Of a DNA stretch of 64,000 nt, positions 10,201 to 20,964 are shown in pieces. Source of the DNA: Spirochaetaceae bacterium (GTDB lineage: Bacteria; Spirochaetota; Spirochaetia; DSM-2461). How positions within the stretch are numbered: position 1 is the first letter of the stretch; each line of letters opens with the position of its first letter. The stretch covers positions 96,001 through 160,000 of the forward strand of contig JAOPTT010000014.1 in NCBI GenBank assembly GCA_051531975.1. The letters run 5' to 3'. The position numbers and the translations under genes were made by a program. The notes beneath the pieces are model-generated. The model was not told the origin of the DNA. It searched no databases and worked only from the letters and a program-made list of their open reading frames with translations.

Positions 10201-10842
10201 TTAGATATATTCAGATGCAATTTTAATAACTTCTCTTCTATCATGGGTATCAATTTTAGAATAAATTAGACTTACATGATTTTTTACAGTCTGTTCAGCA
10301 ATAAAAAGTTCCTCGGCAATCTCTCTGTTATCTAGACCATTAACTATTAACTTTAAAACCTGTTTTTCTCTACGACTTAAGGATTTAAACCAGCCAGGTT
10401 TTATATTGTTTTTTGCCATTGGAATATTCTGAGTCAGATGTTTAGCAACAGATGGAGATATTAAAACCATACCATTACTAGCACCATGAATAGAAGAAAT
10501 TAATTCTAGAGGAGGAGTATCTTTTAATAAAAACCCAGTAGCTCCAAAGTTTAGGGCATCTCTAATATATTCATCATCATCGAAGGTTGTTAACATAATA
10601 ATTTTTATATCAGGGAATTTCAGATGGATTCTTTTTGTTGACTCTACACCATCCATTTTAGGCATTCTAATATCCATTAAAATAAGGTCTGGTTCATGTT
10701 TTTCTGCTAGTTCTATAGCCTCTAAACCATTAGTAGCCATAGCAACAACATTTATAAAATCGCTACGAATCTCTAATACAATTTTTAAACTCTCGGCAAA
10801 CAGTGCTTGGTCATCAACTATTAGAATGTTTATTTTTTCCAC
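10201..10842 (-). CDS. NarL/FixJ family response regulator
   Basis: REC (VDD, LMDIRMP, LTT, LLK) plus LuxR HTH (LSRREKQVL...TVKNHVS). Confidence 0.93.
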   Translation of the reverse strand: MEKINILIVDDQALFAESLKIVLEIRSDFINVVAMATNGLEAIELAEKHEPDLILMDIRMPKMDGVESTKRIHLKFPDIKIIMLTTFDDDEYIRDALNFGATGFLLKDTPPLELISSIHGASNGMVLISPSVAKHLTQNIPMAKNNIKPGWFKSLSRREKQVLKLIVNGLDNREIAEELFIAEQTVKNHVSLIYSKIDTHDRREVIKIASEYI

Positions 10843-12074
10843 TATGTTTCATCCTTCCAGGGTATCTCAACTTTAACAGAAAACCCACTTTTGGTACTTA
10901 AATATAAAAGTTTACCAGAGACTTCGTTAAGCCTCTCTTCCATACCTTTTAAACCGATACCTTCTTTGATGTCAATAGAACCGTTACCATCATCAATTAG
11001 ATTTATGTAGATAATATCATCACTATATCTAAAATGTATATCAATATTTTTTGCTTCACCATGGGTTAAAGAATTTGTCATTCCTTCCTGTAAAAACCTG
11101 TATATTATATTGTTAATTTTGTCAGGTAGTACCCAGGGTAAATTTCCTAACTCAATCCTAACATCTATACCTGTAGAGTTCCTAAATACATCTACAAGGT
11201 TTCTAACAATCTCAATACTATTACCTTTTTTTACTTTAGTATTTCTTAAGACCCGTAAAGACTGACGCATATCTTTATGTCCATCTTTTATTAGTATAAG
11301 AGCTTTGTCTAATAACTCTTCTAATTTTTTTGGTTGCTTTCCTACAAGGTCAGTACTAGCCTCTATCATCATTAAAAGATTAGTCATTGTATAACCAACG
11401 GTATCGTGGATATCCCTAGTTAACCTCATTCTTTCCGAGGTTATACTCTTCTCTTCTGCTAGGTTTGCATATTTTTGAAATCCAGTATTGGCGCTAGATA
11501 GTTTTTTAATAATTAGATTCTGATCCAATAATACATCTCGTTGTCTTTTTAGAAGTATATATCCAGACTTTAATATAATACAAAAACTACACATCAAAAC
11601 AGTTAACATCAGAAGGGCAATTTTTGTATCTAATGTTCTCTCGCTAACAATTACACCCCAATAGATATCGCTATGGCTTGTAAACACCGAAGTAAGGATC
11701 AGGGTAACAGAAAGTGAAACAATCTCTTTTATAGATAAAAAGATAACCCCTTCAAATAAAATTATAACTATAATCAAAAACTCAAACCAAATATTATTAC
11801 TAAATGGTTTAGTTAGTAGATATTTGTAAATTAACTCTATAGCAAAAAAAAGAGCTAAAATAAGCCCTCTAGGTTTAAGTAAAAAAGCAATTATAGTTGT
11901 AATTAGAGATACCATAAGAATAATATAAAATTGTAACATCCAAGACCTAGGAAAGTGGTTCTCCCCATGTTTAAAGTAAAACAATAAAAACATAGTTAAG
12001 TAACAAAATGCTATCATACATAAAACAGCCCATTTACCTATTGTGGTTCCTTTTTTTAAAAGATTATTCTTCAT
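10842..12074 (-). CDS. Membrane sensor histidine kinase (HisKA_3 type)
   Basis: [15 protein letters not shown]-box, QEGMTNS N-box, [18 protein letters not shown] at 12074 preferred over 12113. Confidence 0.9.
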   Translation of the reverse strand: MKNNLLKKGTTIGKWAVLCMIAFCYLTMFLLFYFKHGENHFPRSWMLQFYIILMVSLITTIIAFLLKPRGLILALFFAIELIYKYLLTKPFSNNIWFEFLIIVIILFEGVIFLSIKEIVSLSVTLILTSVFTSHSDIYWGVIVSERTLDTKIALLMLTVLMCSFCIILKSGYILLKRQRDVLLDQNLIIKKLSSANTGFQKYANLAEEKSITSERMRLTRDIHDTVGYTMTNLLMMIEASTDLVGKQPKKLEELLDKALILIKDGHKDMRQSLRVLRNTKVKKGNSIEIVRNLVDVFRNSTGIDVRIELGNLPWVLPDKINNIIYRFLQEGMTNSLTHGEAKNIDIHFRYSDDIIYINLIDDGNGSIDIKEGIGLKGMEERLNEVSGKLLYLSTKSGFSVKVEIPWKDET

Positions 12075-12177
12075 AATACAATTAAAACAGAGAAAAGACG
12101 CAAAGTCAAACAAACTCTATTTACATTCCCTTAATCCCATGATATTTATATTAGAAACCCAGTTTAAAGGAAGTACC

Positions 12178-12987
12178 ATGAGAGTAATTATACAAAACGA
12201 CTATAATAAAGTATCTAAGTGGACTGCATCGTTCATTGCAAAAAAGATAAAAGATTCCAACCCAACCCAGGATAATCCATATGTATTAGGGCTTCCAACT
12301 GGATCTACTCCTCTAGGTGTATATAATGAACTAATCAGATTAAACAAAGAGGGATATGTTAGCTTTGAAAATGTTATTACATTTAACATGGACGAGTATG
12401 TAGGAATACCTAGAGACCACGAACAAAGCTATTATACTTTTATGTGGACAAACTTTTTTAACCATATAGATATTCAAGAAAAAAATGTAAACATATTAAA
12501 CGGTAATGCTCCAGACTTAAATAAAGAGTGCCTTGAATACGAAGAAAAAATAACTTCTGTTGGTGGTATTGATCTATTTATGGGTGGTATTGGCCCTGAT
12601 GGTCATATTGCATTTAATGAACCAGGTTCATCTTTAGAATCATTAACAAGAATTAAAACACTTACTCAGGATACTATAATAGCAAACAGTAGGTTTTTTA
12701 ATAACGATGTTAATTTAGTACCTAAAACTGCTTTAACTGTTGGGGTTAAAACTGTTATGTCAGCAAAACATGTTGTTATTTTAGCAACTGGTTTTAATAA
12801 AGCACTGGCTCTTCATAAAGTAATTGAGGAAGGTATAAACCATATGTGGACAGTATCTGCTCTTCAGCTACATCGTAACGGAGTTGTTGTTTGTAACGAT
12901 GAAGCTACAGTCGAGATGAAGGTAGGAACAGTAAACTACTTTAAAGATATAGAGATGGATAACTTAGATCCTAAAACTCAACTTTAA
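12178..12987 (+). CDS. nagB: Glucosamine-6-phosphate deaminase
   Basis: [32 protein letters not shown] at 12178 with AAGGAA RBS. Confidence 0.96.
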   Translation: MRVIIQNDYNKVSKWTASFIAKKIKDSNPTQDNPYVLGLPTGSTPLGVYNELIRLNKEGYVSFENVITFNMDEYVGIPRDHEQSYYTFMWTNFFNHIDIQEKNVNILNGNAPDLNKECLEYEEKITSVGGIDLFMGGIGPDGHIAFNEPGSSLESLTRIKTLTQDTIIANSRFFNNDVNLVPKTALTVGVKTVMSAKHVVILATGFNKALALHKVIEEGINHMWTVSALQLHRNGVVVCNDEATVEMKVGTVNYFKDIEMDNLDPKTQL

Positions 12988-14684
12988 TACCATAAAGCAA
13001 ATATGTTCCCAGGGTCGTTTATCTCCTGGAGCATATTTAGTTCGCTAATAACTGCGGGTAACTTTACTTTATTAAACATGTTAGTAGTAAGACTCTCTAA
13101 AAGTGGTAACTCTTGTTCAATATCCACAAAACCGACATTTTTAACACCAAACTCTTTTATAAAGTAGTTTTTTACATCATCTAATCCACCAATATTATCA
13201 ACTAACCCATTCTCTAACGCCTGCTGACCACTCCAAACTCTTCCACCTGCAATGTTTTTAAGTGTTTGTGTTTCAATTCCACGGCTAGAACTAACTAAAT
13301 TCAAAAATCTTAAATAAGTATTTTCCACATTTAGCTGATATATCTTTGCTGATTCTGCAGATATATTTTTTGTAGGGCTTATATTATTATTAGAAGAAAT
13401 TGTTGATATACCATCGTTATGTACACTTAAAAGTTCTTCTAGAGTTTCTTCTAACCCAAAAATCATAGCAAAAACACCAATAGAACCAGTTATAGTTGTC
13501 CTGTCTGCAAATATAATATCTCCAGCTGTAGCAATCCAATAACCACCAGATGCACACATATTACCCATTGAAATAACAACAGGAATACTTTGGGCTATGG
13601 CCTGGATCTTACGCCTTATAATTTCAGATGCATAAGCACTTCCACCACCACTATTAATTCTAATAACAAGACCTTCGTATTCATTTAAATCTATACTATC
13701 AAGCAGAGCTTCGGTTTCAACTGCATCGATAGTGTTATAACCTTCGGAATATACAATATTACCCTCTAATGTAACCACAGCAATTTTCATATTGTTAGTT
13801 CTATTTTTTTTACCTTCAAGATAGTCAGTAAAATAGTTCATTTCAGAAAATTGGTTAAAGAATTCACTTCTGGTTTCTAAAACATCAACATACCCTTCTT
13901 CCAGGGCTAACAGAGAATTATCTCCACTATATTTTTTTACTAAGCTAAGTTTATTATTTGTAAAGAGGTTAAAATTTTCTTCTGACAACCCAATATTAGT
14001 TCTAACTTTATTAGTATAATTATCCCACATATCATTCATCCAAACTAAATTTTGTCTTTTTACGTCACTAGACATCGAAGTGGATAAATATGGTTCAACA
14101 TAGGATTTATACTCACCTGCTCTAAAAACCTGAACTTCAACATTGTATTTATCTAGAGTCTCTTTCCAATAATTTCTGTAAACACTAATACCTGTAAAAG
14201 ATACCTCTCCAAATGGATCCATAGATATCTGGTCAGCAAAACTTGCTAAATAATAGTGCCCTTGTTTGTAAAATGATGAATAGGCATAAATCTGTTTTCC
14301 ACTTATCTTAAATTCTTCTAAGGAATTTCCAATTTCTTCCATCTGTGCAAAACCGATAGTTGTTAAAAAATCCAGATCTAAAACAATTGCAGATATATCC
14401 GAGTCAGTTGCTGCTATATTTATTGATAGTAAAATATCTTTTAATAAAGTAGTTGCCGGAAGTTGCAAATCCCTCGATGACAACATTGATAGAATATCAC
14501 CTTGACCTGGAGTCTCACTAATAGTACCACTAGGCTGAATAAGTAGAATATTTCCTGTAGACTTTGTTCCTGAATATCCAGAAAAAAGAATTATAGAGAT
14601 AACAATGGCCCAAAAAACAGCATTAATTATCCCAATTCTTATTTTATTACTAACCTTAGAAATCTTCTTTATTATATTTATCAT
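12984..14684 (-). CDS. sppA: Signal peptide peptidase SppA, 67K type
   Basis: [45 protein letters not shown]. Confidence 0.92.
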   Translation of the reverse strand: MINIIKKISKVSNKIRIGIINAVFWAIVISIILFSGYSGTKSTGNILLIQPSGTISETPGQGDILSMLSSRDLQLPATTLLKDILLSINIAATDSDISAIVLDLDFLTTIGFAQMEEIGNSLEEFKISGKQIYAYSSFYKQGHYYLASFADQISMDPFGEVSFTGISVYRNYWKETLDKYNVEVQVFRAGEYKSYVEPYLSTSMSSDVKRQNLVWMNDMWDNYTNKVRTNIGLSEENFNLFTNNKLSLVKKYSGDNSLLALEEGYVDVLETRSEFFNQFSEMNYFTDYLEGKKNRTNNMKIAVVTLEGNIVYSEGYNTIDAVETEALLDSIDLNEYEGLVIRINSGGGSAYASEIIRRKIQAIAQSIPVVISMGNMCASGGYWIATAGDIIFADRTTITGSIGVFAMIFGLEETLEELLSVHNDGISTISSNNNISPTKNISAESAKIYQLNVENTYLRFLNLVSSSRGIETQTLKNIAGGRVWSGQQALENGLVDNIGGLDDVKNYFIKEFGVKNVGFVDIEQELPLLESLTTNMFNKVKLPAVISELNMLQEINDPGNIFALWY

Positions 14685-15339
14685 CTCTTCCCTTTTCCAA
14701 AAGCTTAACCTCTTTTATGTCCCTAGAAGATTGTTGCCAATGTGTATCAAGTAGAGCTTGGATATCGGTTCTATCATCGTTAAACATAGCAGTGGTCTTA
14801 ACAATTTCATTGTATTTTTTAACTAAAACAGAAACATGAAAAGGATTATCATTATCGCACTCATCAACAATATTTCGCCGTAAGTTCTCATAATTTCTTT
14901 TTAAAAACTGTCCAACTCTAATTTTATGTAACTCTCTTAATTTTAAAATCTTATTTTTGATTATAAATTTATGCTCTTTTTCCAATATACTTTTACCAGT
15001 CATCTGTTCTTCTATAGAGGTAATATACCCATCTATTTTATCAGCTTCTTTAAAATCTTTTGCCTGGGTAATTAGTTTATGACCATCTTCTATTAGTTGT
15101 AAAATTCTATTTCTTTCTTTATCTTCAGGTGATATTCTACCTTTTAGTTCTTTAGTGACACTACTATATAATTTTAATAATTGTTCTCTATCAGAATTTT
15201 CGATATTAGCTTTTTTTATCTCATTTTCTAATTCAATTATTACTGAACTAGCCACTGAAAAGTTCTTCTTTAATGAGTTAATTTTTAAACCTAAATTTAT
15301 AGCTCTATCTTTATTATCCAAAATGTTATTCTCCTGCAT
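14656..15339 (-). CDS. Hypothetical helical/coiled-coil protein upstream of sppA
   Basis: Long charged ORF overlapping sppA start; start uncertain (15339 or 15369). Confidence 0.6.
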   Translation of the reverse strand: MQENNILDNKDRAINLGLKINSLKKNFSVASSVIIELENEIKKANIENSDREQLLKLYSSVTKELKGRISPEDKERNRILQLIEDGHKLITQAKDFKEADKIDGYITSIEEQMTGKSILEKEHKFIIKNKILKLRELHKIRVGQFLKRNYENLRRNIVDECDNDNPFHVSVLVKKYNEIVKTTAMFNDDRTDIQALLDTHWQQSSRDIKEVKLLEKGRDDKYNKEDF

Positions 15340-15544
15340 TGTTAATACCCAAAGTATACCCCAAGACAACTCTTTTTAATAGATGTTATATTTTAAGAGT
15401 TAAAGTGTTCTATTTCGTTTAATTATAAGTGATAATTACGTTATAGGGGCAAAATTAGACTACAAAAAGTGCTGCTTAACATTATTATAGGAGTTTACTA
15501 TTAATAAAATGACCTACTCCTGTGCCAAAATATAGGAGAATATT

Positions 15545-16933
15545 ATGACTAATAAAGAGTTAGAAGAGAAGCTATTATTAAAGAGAGAAAGTTCATGGAT
15601 AACATACCCAGACGATGAGATTAAAGCTGCCTTTGATTTCTGCGAAGGGTATAAAACATATATTGATAATTCTAAAACAGAGAGACTTTGTGTTACCTAC
15701 TCTGTAGAGATGTTAAAAGAGAGTGGATTCAAAGATATAAACTCATTTAAGAAGCTAAAAACTGGAGATAAGTTTTATAAAGTTTTAAAAGGTAGAGCAC
15801 TATTTGCTGGTATTGTTGGTAAAGATCAAGATATTTTTAATATAGTTGGTGCCCACGTGGATTCTCCTAGGTTAGATACAAAACCAAACCCACTTTTTCA
15901 GGATTCAGATTTAGCACTTTTTAAAACTCATTATTACGGTGGAATAAAAAAATATCAGTGGGTAAATCAGCCACTTTCAATCCACGGTGTGGTTTATACT
16001 ACAGACGGTAGAGAGATTTCTATATCTATAGGAGAAAAGGAAGATGAACCTAAATTTATTATTCCAGATCTTCTTATACATCTGTCCCAAGAGCAACTAA
16101 AAAAAGAGGGAGCTAAAGTAGTTGAAGCTGAACAATTAAATGTAATTGTTGGTAGTATCCCTGTAAACGATAAAGATATTAAAGAGCAGGTTAAGTTTGC
16201 TGTTTTAAAATATTTATATGAAGAATATAACTTTACAGAAGTGGATTTTAATAGTGCAGATATCTCTATTACTCCAGCTGGAAAGGCGATTGATATTGGT
16301 TTTGACCGTGGTCTAATTGCTGCATATGGTCACGATGACAGGATCTGTGCTTTCCCTGCATTAGAAGTAATTAGAGAATTAGATACACCACAAAAAACAG
16401 CTATAGTATTTTTATCAGACAAAGAAGAAGTAGGTTCAGCCGGTGATACTGGTGCCGATAGTAATGTTCTATTAAACCTAACAATTCAATATACAGAATT
16501 AACAGGAACAAAAACTAATCCACACCTAATTTTAGAAAAATCTGCTGCAATTTCTTCAGATGTGACAGCTGGTGTTAACCCTAACTTTAAAAATGCTCAT
16601 GACTTAAACAATGCACCTATTCTTGGAAAAGGTGTTGGTATTGCAAAGTATACAGGTGCTAGAGGTAAATCTGGTGCCCACGATTCTGGTGCAGATTATG
16701 TAGGTTATATTAGAACAATTGCAAAAGAGAGTAATACAGCTATCCAATCTACAACTATGGGTAAGGTTGACTTAGGTGGTGGTGGAACTATTGCAAAGTA
16801 CCTAGCTAAATATGGAATGAACGTAGTAGATGCAGGTCCAGCAGTACTTGGAATGCACTCTCCCTACGAAGTTGCATCTAAAGTAGATATATACTCTTGT
16901 TATAAGCTATACAAAGCATTTATGATCCGTTAA
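15545..16933 (+). CDS. M18 family aminopeptidase
   Basis: GAHVDSPRL, YYGGIKKYQW, HDDR, DKEEVGS, GMHSPYE. Confidence 0.93.
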   Translation: MTNKELEEKLLLKRESSWITYPDDEIKAAFDFCEGYKTYIDNSKTERLCVTYSVEMLKESGFKDINSFKKLKTGDKFYKVLKGRALFAGIVGKDQDIFNIVGAHVDSPRLDTKPNPLFQDSDLALFKTHYYGGIKKYQWVNQPLSIHGVVYTTDGREISISIGEKEDEPKFIIPDLLIHLSQEQLKKEGAKVVEAEQLNVIVGSIPVNDKDIKEQVKFAVLKYLYEEYNFTEVDFNSADISITPAGKAIDIGFDRGLIAAYGHDDRICAFPALEVIRELDTPQKTAIVFLSDKEEVGSAGDTGADSNVLLNLTIQYTELTGTKTNPHLILEKSAAISSDVTAGVNPNFKNAHDLNNAPILGKGVGIAKYTGARGKSGAHDSGADYVGYIRTIAKESNTAIQSTTMGKVDLGGGGTIAKYLAKYGMNVVDAGPAVLGMHSPYEVASKVDIYSCYKLYKAFMIR

Positions 16934-16935
16934 GA

Positions 16936-16967
16936 TATTAAGAGCTACTATTTGGTAGCTCTTAATA
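16936..16967. terminator. Perfect 13-bp hairpin after aminopeptidase (terminator or stability element)
   Basis: TATTAAGAGCTAC-TATTTG-GTAGCTCTTAATA; no strong T tract. Confidence 0.55.
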
Positions 16968-16985
16968 CAAGTTTAAGGAGATATT

Positions 16986-17405
16986 GTGGGAACTTGGGAT
17001 ATAGGTTTTTTTGATAACGACATGGCATGTGACTGGGAAAATGGTTTAGTTGAATCAAAATCTCTAGGTTATATAGAAGATGCAATTTCACCTGTTTTAA
17101 CTGATACCGACGATACCTTAGATATAGATATTGCAAATAAAGCCCTTGCTGCTTCAGAAGCATTAGCACGACTTTTAGGTCACGATGGGGAGCATACCAG
17201 TTATACAGACCATATTGATAACTGGGTTAAAGAGTTTACAGATCCAATTCCAGAAGAACTACTACAAAAAGCTTTAGAATCTTTAGAAATAGTTCAGGGT
17301 AGTAACTCAGAAATTAAACAGTACTGGAAAATTAGAGGTGAACTGGATAATTGGCAGTCAAATATTCAAAACCTAAAAAACAGACTAGTTCCCAATAATG
17401 ATTAA
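16986..17405 (+). CDS. DUF4259-like protein
   Basis: N-terminal MGTWDIGFFDND..CD and later ALAASEALA, SEIKQYW; GTG start with AAGGAG RBS. Confidence 0.75.
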   Translation: MGTWDIGFFDNDMACDWENGLVESKSLGYIEDAISPVLTDTDDTLDIDIANKALAASEALARLLGHDGEHTSYTDHIDNWVKEFTDPIPEELLQKALESLEIVQGSNSEIKQYWKIRGELDNWQSNIQNLKNRLVPNND

Positions 17406-18168
17406 GAAGTTAGACAAATTCGCTATTAAAAACTTAACATTAATAATAATTATAGGTCAGATTCTAGTATATTTAGGTCTAAACTCAAAGATAATATCCT
17501 ACGAGATGTTATACCTCTCTTACCCTCACATCTTTAGTGGTCAAATATGGCGGGTAATATCATTTATATTTATACCTCCAACCTCATCTCCAATATGGGC
17601 AGTATTAGCATGGTACTTCTTTTATCTAATAGGTAGCAGCTTAGAACATTTTTGGGGAGCACTACATTATAATATCTACATACTAATTGCAGTTGTTTTA
17701 ACTAACATTGTAGCTTTTCTGTTTAATTTTCAGATAGGTTCAAACTACTACATACAAACATCCCTATTTTTAGCATTTGCATTTCTTAATCCTGAATACC
17801 AAATTAGACTTTTTTTTATAATTCCTATAAAGATTAAATGGATAGCAATATTAACTTGGATTCTATATTTAGGTGTAGTTTTATTTGGTTCTACAGGAGA
17901 AAAACTACTTTTAGCATCATCGATTATCAACTTTATTCTATATTTTAACAGAGACATTTATTTTAAACTTAAATATAGAGGGAAAAAAGTTAAGATAAAA
18001 ATTGAAAAAAAGGTCACAGAAAATAGAGCGATTCATACATGTGCAAAGTGTGGAATAAATGATAAAGATAACCCTTATACAGATTTTAGGTACTGTAGCC
18101 AATGTACTCCAGAGCAATGTTATTGCCAGGAACATATTTTAGATCATGATCATTATCAGGGAGAATAG
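17398..18168 (+). CDS. Rhomboid/Derlin-like membrane protein with C-terminal Cys/His zinc-binding region
   Basis: GQIWRVISFIFIPP, LEHFWG, PIKIKW; HTCAKCG...FRYCSQC...YCQEH. Confidence 0.75.
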   Translation: MIKKLDKFAIKNLTLIIIIGQILVYLGLNSKIISYEMLYLSYPHIFSGQIWRVISFIFIPPTSSPIWAVLAWYFFYLIGSSLEHFWGALHYNIYILIAVVLTNIVAFLFNFQIGSNYYIQTSLFLAFAFLNPEYQIRLFFIIPIKIKWIAILTWILYLGVVLFGSTGEKLLLASSIINFILYFNRDIYFKLKYRGKKVKIKIEKKVTENRAIHTCAKCGINDKDNPYTDFRYCSQCTPEQCYCQEHILDHDHYQGE

Positions 18169-19238
18169 GTTCCCTTAAAAGATATAGTACTTTTTCTGTT
18201 AGATAGTTCATCAGAAATTTTTATATTCTCAATAACTTCTCCAGCTACACTTGGTATATAAGATACTTGAAAAGTTTGACTTTCTCCCCGTGCTAACTCT
18301 AAACTTCCTAGATCTGTAATAAATGAAGTAAACTCACTTGTTACAACTAAATCCATATCAAATGGTGAATTATTTGTTAAAACGAAGTCTTTAACAACTG
18401 GATCATTAGTCGCATAACTTCCAAAATCAATGTCCCCTATAAGTTCAGTCCCAACATCGTCATAAAGTGTACCTAAAACATGTTTACCAGCGTATAATGA
18501 AAAAAGGAATGTAGAATCTAAAGCATCAGTGTCTATATCTAAATCACTATCATTCACATTTGAGCTGTCAAAATTATATGTCAATTTAATTTCTTTCGTT
18601 TCATTTATACTTAAACTAAAATTTGTTCCGCTAACAATATTAATATCACCATTTGGATGTGTAATACTATTTATCTGAACATCTTCTAAACCTTCATTTT
18701 TAATAACTAATGTATGTTCACGGTTATCATCCCAATTCCCAAGATCATACTCTGTTAGCTCATTATCGTCGGAATCATACATTTTTAATGGTTGTCTATT
18801 AGAGGTAGCCCATAGAGTAAATGTAAATGGTCTATCATTTTCATCATAAAATACAACCTCTTTTGTTACTCTTGTTCCAGCATTTGCTGAAGTAAAGTCA
18901 AAAGTTGCTGCAAAAGTAAAACTTGTTCCAGAAGGTATATTTACCGACTCAAAGGCTTCAATTATAAAGTCCCCTGAAATTCCACCAAAGGCGTTTAGTG
19001 TAATACTACTCTCTTCGTTATTAGTTATAGTGCATTGAACCTCATGGTCTGATATATGGAACCCCATATTTACAGCTTGAAGATCATCTATATCCTGAAC
19101 GCCTTCCCCGTCTAGTGTAAAATCAATAGGTGATCTTGATGCTATATCATCAATGTATTCTTGTAGTTCATCTTGAAACTCAACATCACAACTAAAGATT
19201 ATTAAAAACAGTAATGCTAAAATGGAATATTTATTCAT
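18156..19238 (-). CDS. Acidic lipoprotein with about three Ig-like beta-sandwich repeats
   Basis: Lipobox IFSC; recurring ITNN/IKNEG/LTNNS segments preceded by MG/DLG/DFG strands. Confidence 0.65.
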   Translation of the reverse strand: MNKYSILALLFLIIFSCDVEFQDELQEYIDDIASRSPIDFTLDGEGVQDIDDLQAVNMGFHISDHEVQCTITNNEESSITLNAFGGISGDFIIEAFESVNIPSGTSFTFAATFDFTSANAGTRVTKEVVFYDENDRPFTFTLWATSNRQPLKMYDSDDNELTEYDLGNWDDNREHTLVIKNEGLEDVQINSITHPNGDINIVSGTNFSLSINETKEIKLTYNFDSSNVNDSDLDIDTDALDSTFLFSLYAGKHVLGTLYDDVGTELIGDIDFGSYATNDPVVKDFVLTNNSPFDMDLVVTSEFTSFITDLGSLELARGESQTFQVSYIPSVAGEVIENIKISDELSNRKSTISFKGTYSP

Positions 19239-20373
19239 ATCTACTAACTCCAAAGCCAAATTTTGGGATATAACTTACTTCAGAAAGGCCATCTTCATTT
19301 AAATACAAAGTATCCATACCACCTCTAATTTCTATATTTATACCACCAACTCTTATTAAATTAACAGTTAGATAAGTTTTTGAATTAATACCTAAATCTA
19401 AATTGTCTGTATATAATGGTGCAATTAAAAAATCGAAAGAGAGATCTAGCTTTAAGATTTTAAGGAATGAATACCCATTTATACCAATACCAATTGTTGG
19501 AGATGGTAACTCTAAAACTGCTACCGTTTCAAAATCATCACTATTAAATCCGTAATAATTATATAAAAAACCTGCTCTTAAAAATAGTGGGATATTATAA
19601 ATTGACCGACCAAAAGAGAAAATTGCATCAGTAATAACCTGTCTCTCTTCATCTACAAAAAGGTCTTCGTAGGTTAAATTCCCAGTAAAATCTATTCTCC
19701 AGTTAAAAAATCCAGCTCCAGAACCTATTCCAAAATCTAAACCAAAACCGTCGCTATGGTTAAAATGCTCATCTCGGTCAAAATACCCATCGTAAACTTC
19801 CGAGGTGTAGTTTTTATACGAGATGGGATAAAAGTAGGTATTTGTTGTATATTTTATTTCATCTAATTCGTCAGTATATAAACTTGTAATACTTTCTAAC
19901 TCTTTGCTTCTCTTTGCAATAGCCGCCATATATTCTTCAAACTGGAACATCTCTTCAGTTTCTTCATTAAAGATTGTAATCTCTTCTCTTTTAATATTAA
20001 CAATCTCTTTTTCGACTTCAACCCTTTCTTTAATCTCAATGTTTTTGTTTATAAGAATAACATAGAGATTCTGAGCATCCTCGTTTTCCAGATTAAGATA
20101 TAAAATAGTTTCAGTTAATAAAAGTGGATAGGTTAGATCATTACTCTCTGCCAATTTTGATGCATAATCTAATATGTAATCTTCAAAATCTTCATAACTA
20201 GGATGCTCTATAGTAATGTCGTTTAGAATAGTATCTAAGTTATTATCTTGATTCTCTAAACTAGTATCAATTAGACTATATATTTCCTTATCGGTCATGA
20301 CGATTTCGTCAGTTTCCTCAGAGACAAGGGAAAACATAGTAAAGATGTAAACAATAAGTATAATTTTTTTCAC
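19231..20373 (-). CDS. Exported protein with helical N-domain and probable C-terminal beta-barrel
   Basis: Signal peptide; alternating aromatic/Gly strands in C-terminal half ending PKFGFGVSRYE. Confidence 0.55.
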   Translation of the reverse strand: MKKIILIVYIFTMFSLVSEETDEIVMTDKEIYSLIDTSLENQDNNLDTILNDITIEHPSYEDFEDYILDYASKLAESNDLTYPLLLTETILYLNLENEDAQNLYVILINKNIEIKERVEVEKEIVNIKREEITIFNEETEEMFQFEEYMAAIAKRSKELESITSLYTDELDEIKYTTNTYFYPISYKNYTSEVYDGYFDRDEHFNHSDGFGLDFGIGSGAGFFNWRIDFTGNLTYEDLFVDEERQVITDAIFSFGRSIYNIPLFLRAGFLYNYYGFNSDDFETVAVLELPSPTIGIGINGYSFLKILKLDLSFDFLIAPLYTDNLDLGINSKTYLTVNLIRVGGINIEIRGGMDTLYLNEDGLSEVSYIPKFGFGVSRYE

Positions 20374-20447
20374 AAAAACCCCTACCCTTCTACTTCAATT
20401 CTAGTAGACTTAAAAAGTAGGGGCAATATAAAAACAATAAAAACTAA

Positions 20448-20597
20448 TTAAAAATTAACATTTTGATAGTCTATGTTAGCTCCAATTTGATATAATGTAT
20501 CATCTGTACCATTTATAGTCATATATACAACTAATATAACGAACAGTATAATAGGGACACAAAACCCTCCAAGTAGGACTTTATTACTTAATTTCAT
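20448..20597 (-). CDS. 49-aa single-TM small protein (absent from ORF track)
   Basis: MKLSNKVLLGGFCVPIILFVILVVYMTINGTDDTLYQIGANIDYQNVNF; AAAGGAG RBS; start overlaps GntR 3' end. Confidence 0.65.
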   Translation of the reverse strand: MKLSNKVLLGGFCVPIILFVILVVYMTINGTDDTLYQIGANIDYQNVNF

Positions 20598-20964
20598 TTT
20601 TTACTCCTTTTAAATACTCCTGGTAATATAACTTTAAAGCATCTGGATCAATACCATATAACGAACTCTCTTTAAATATAGTTGGTAGTTCTTCTTTTAC
20701 AAAGCTGCTCTTTTTAAGTTTTAGTACCATATCTTTTGCACCTTCACAAATAAAATAACCTATACCTCTTTTATTAAATATTATTCCCTCGTCTTGTAAA
20801 AAGCTAAATGCACGCATTACAGTATTAGGGTTAACTTCTAACTCTACAGCCAAGTCTCTAACGGACTGTATTCTATCTTCCTCTTTAAACTTCTCTAATA
20901 GTATATTTTCACATATTAGATCTGAGATCTGATTGTATATCGATTTTTTACTGTTAAATTCCAC
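20584..20964 (-). CDS. GntR family (YtrA-like) regulator
   Basis: SIYNQI, SVRDLAVELEVNPNTVMRAF, RGIGYF; GTG start 20964 overlapping upstream stop. Confidence 0.9.
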   Translation of the reverse strand: MEFNSKKSIYNQISDLICENILLEKFKEEDRIQSVRDLAVELEVNPNTVMRAFSFLQDEGIIFNKRGIGYFICEGAKDMVLKLKKSSFVKEELPTIFKESSLYGIDPDALKLYYQEYLKGVKNEIK

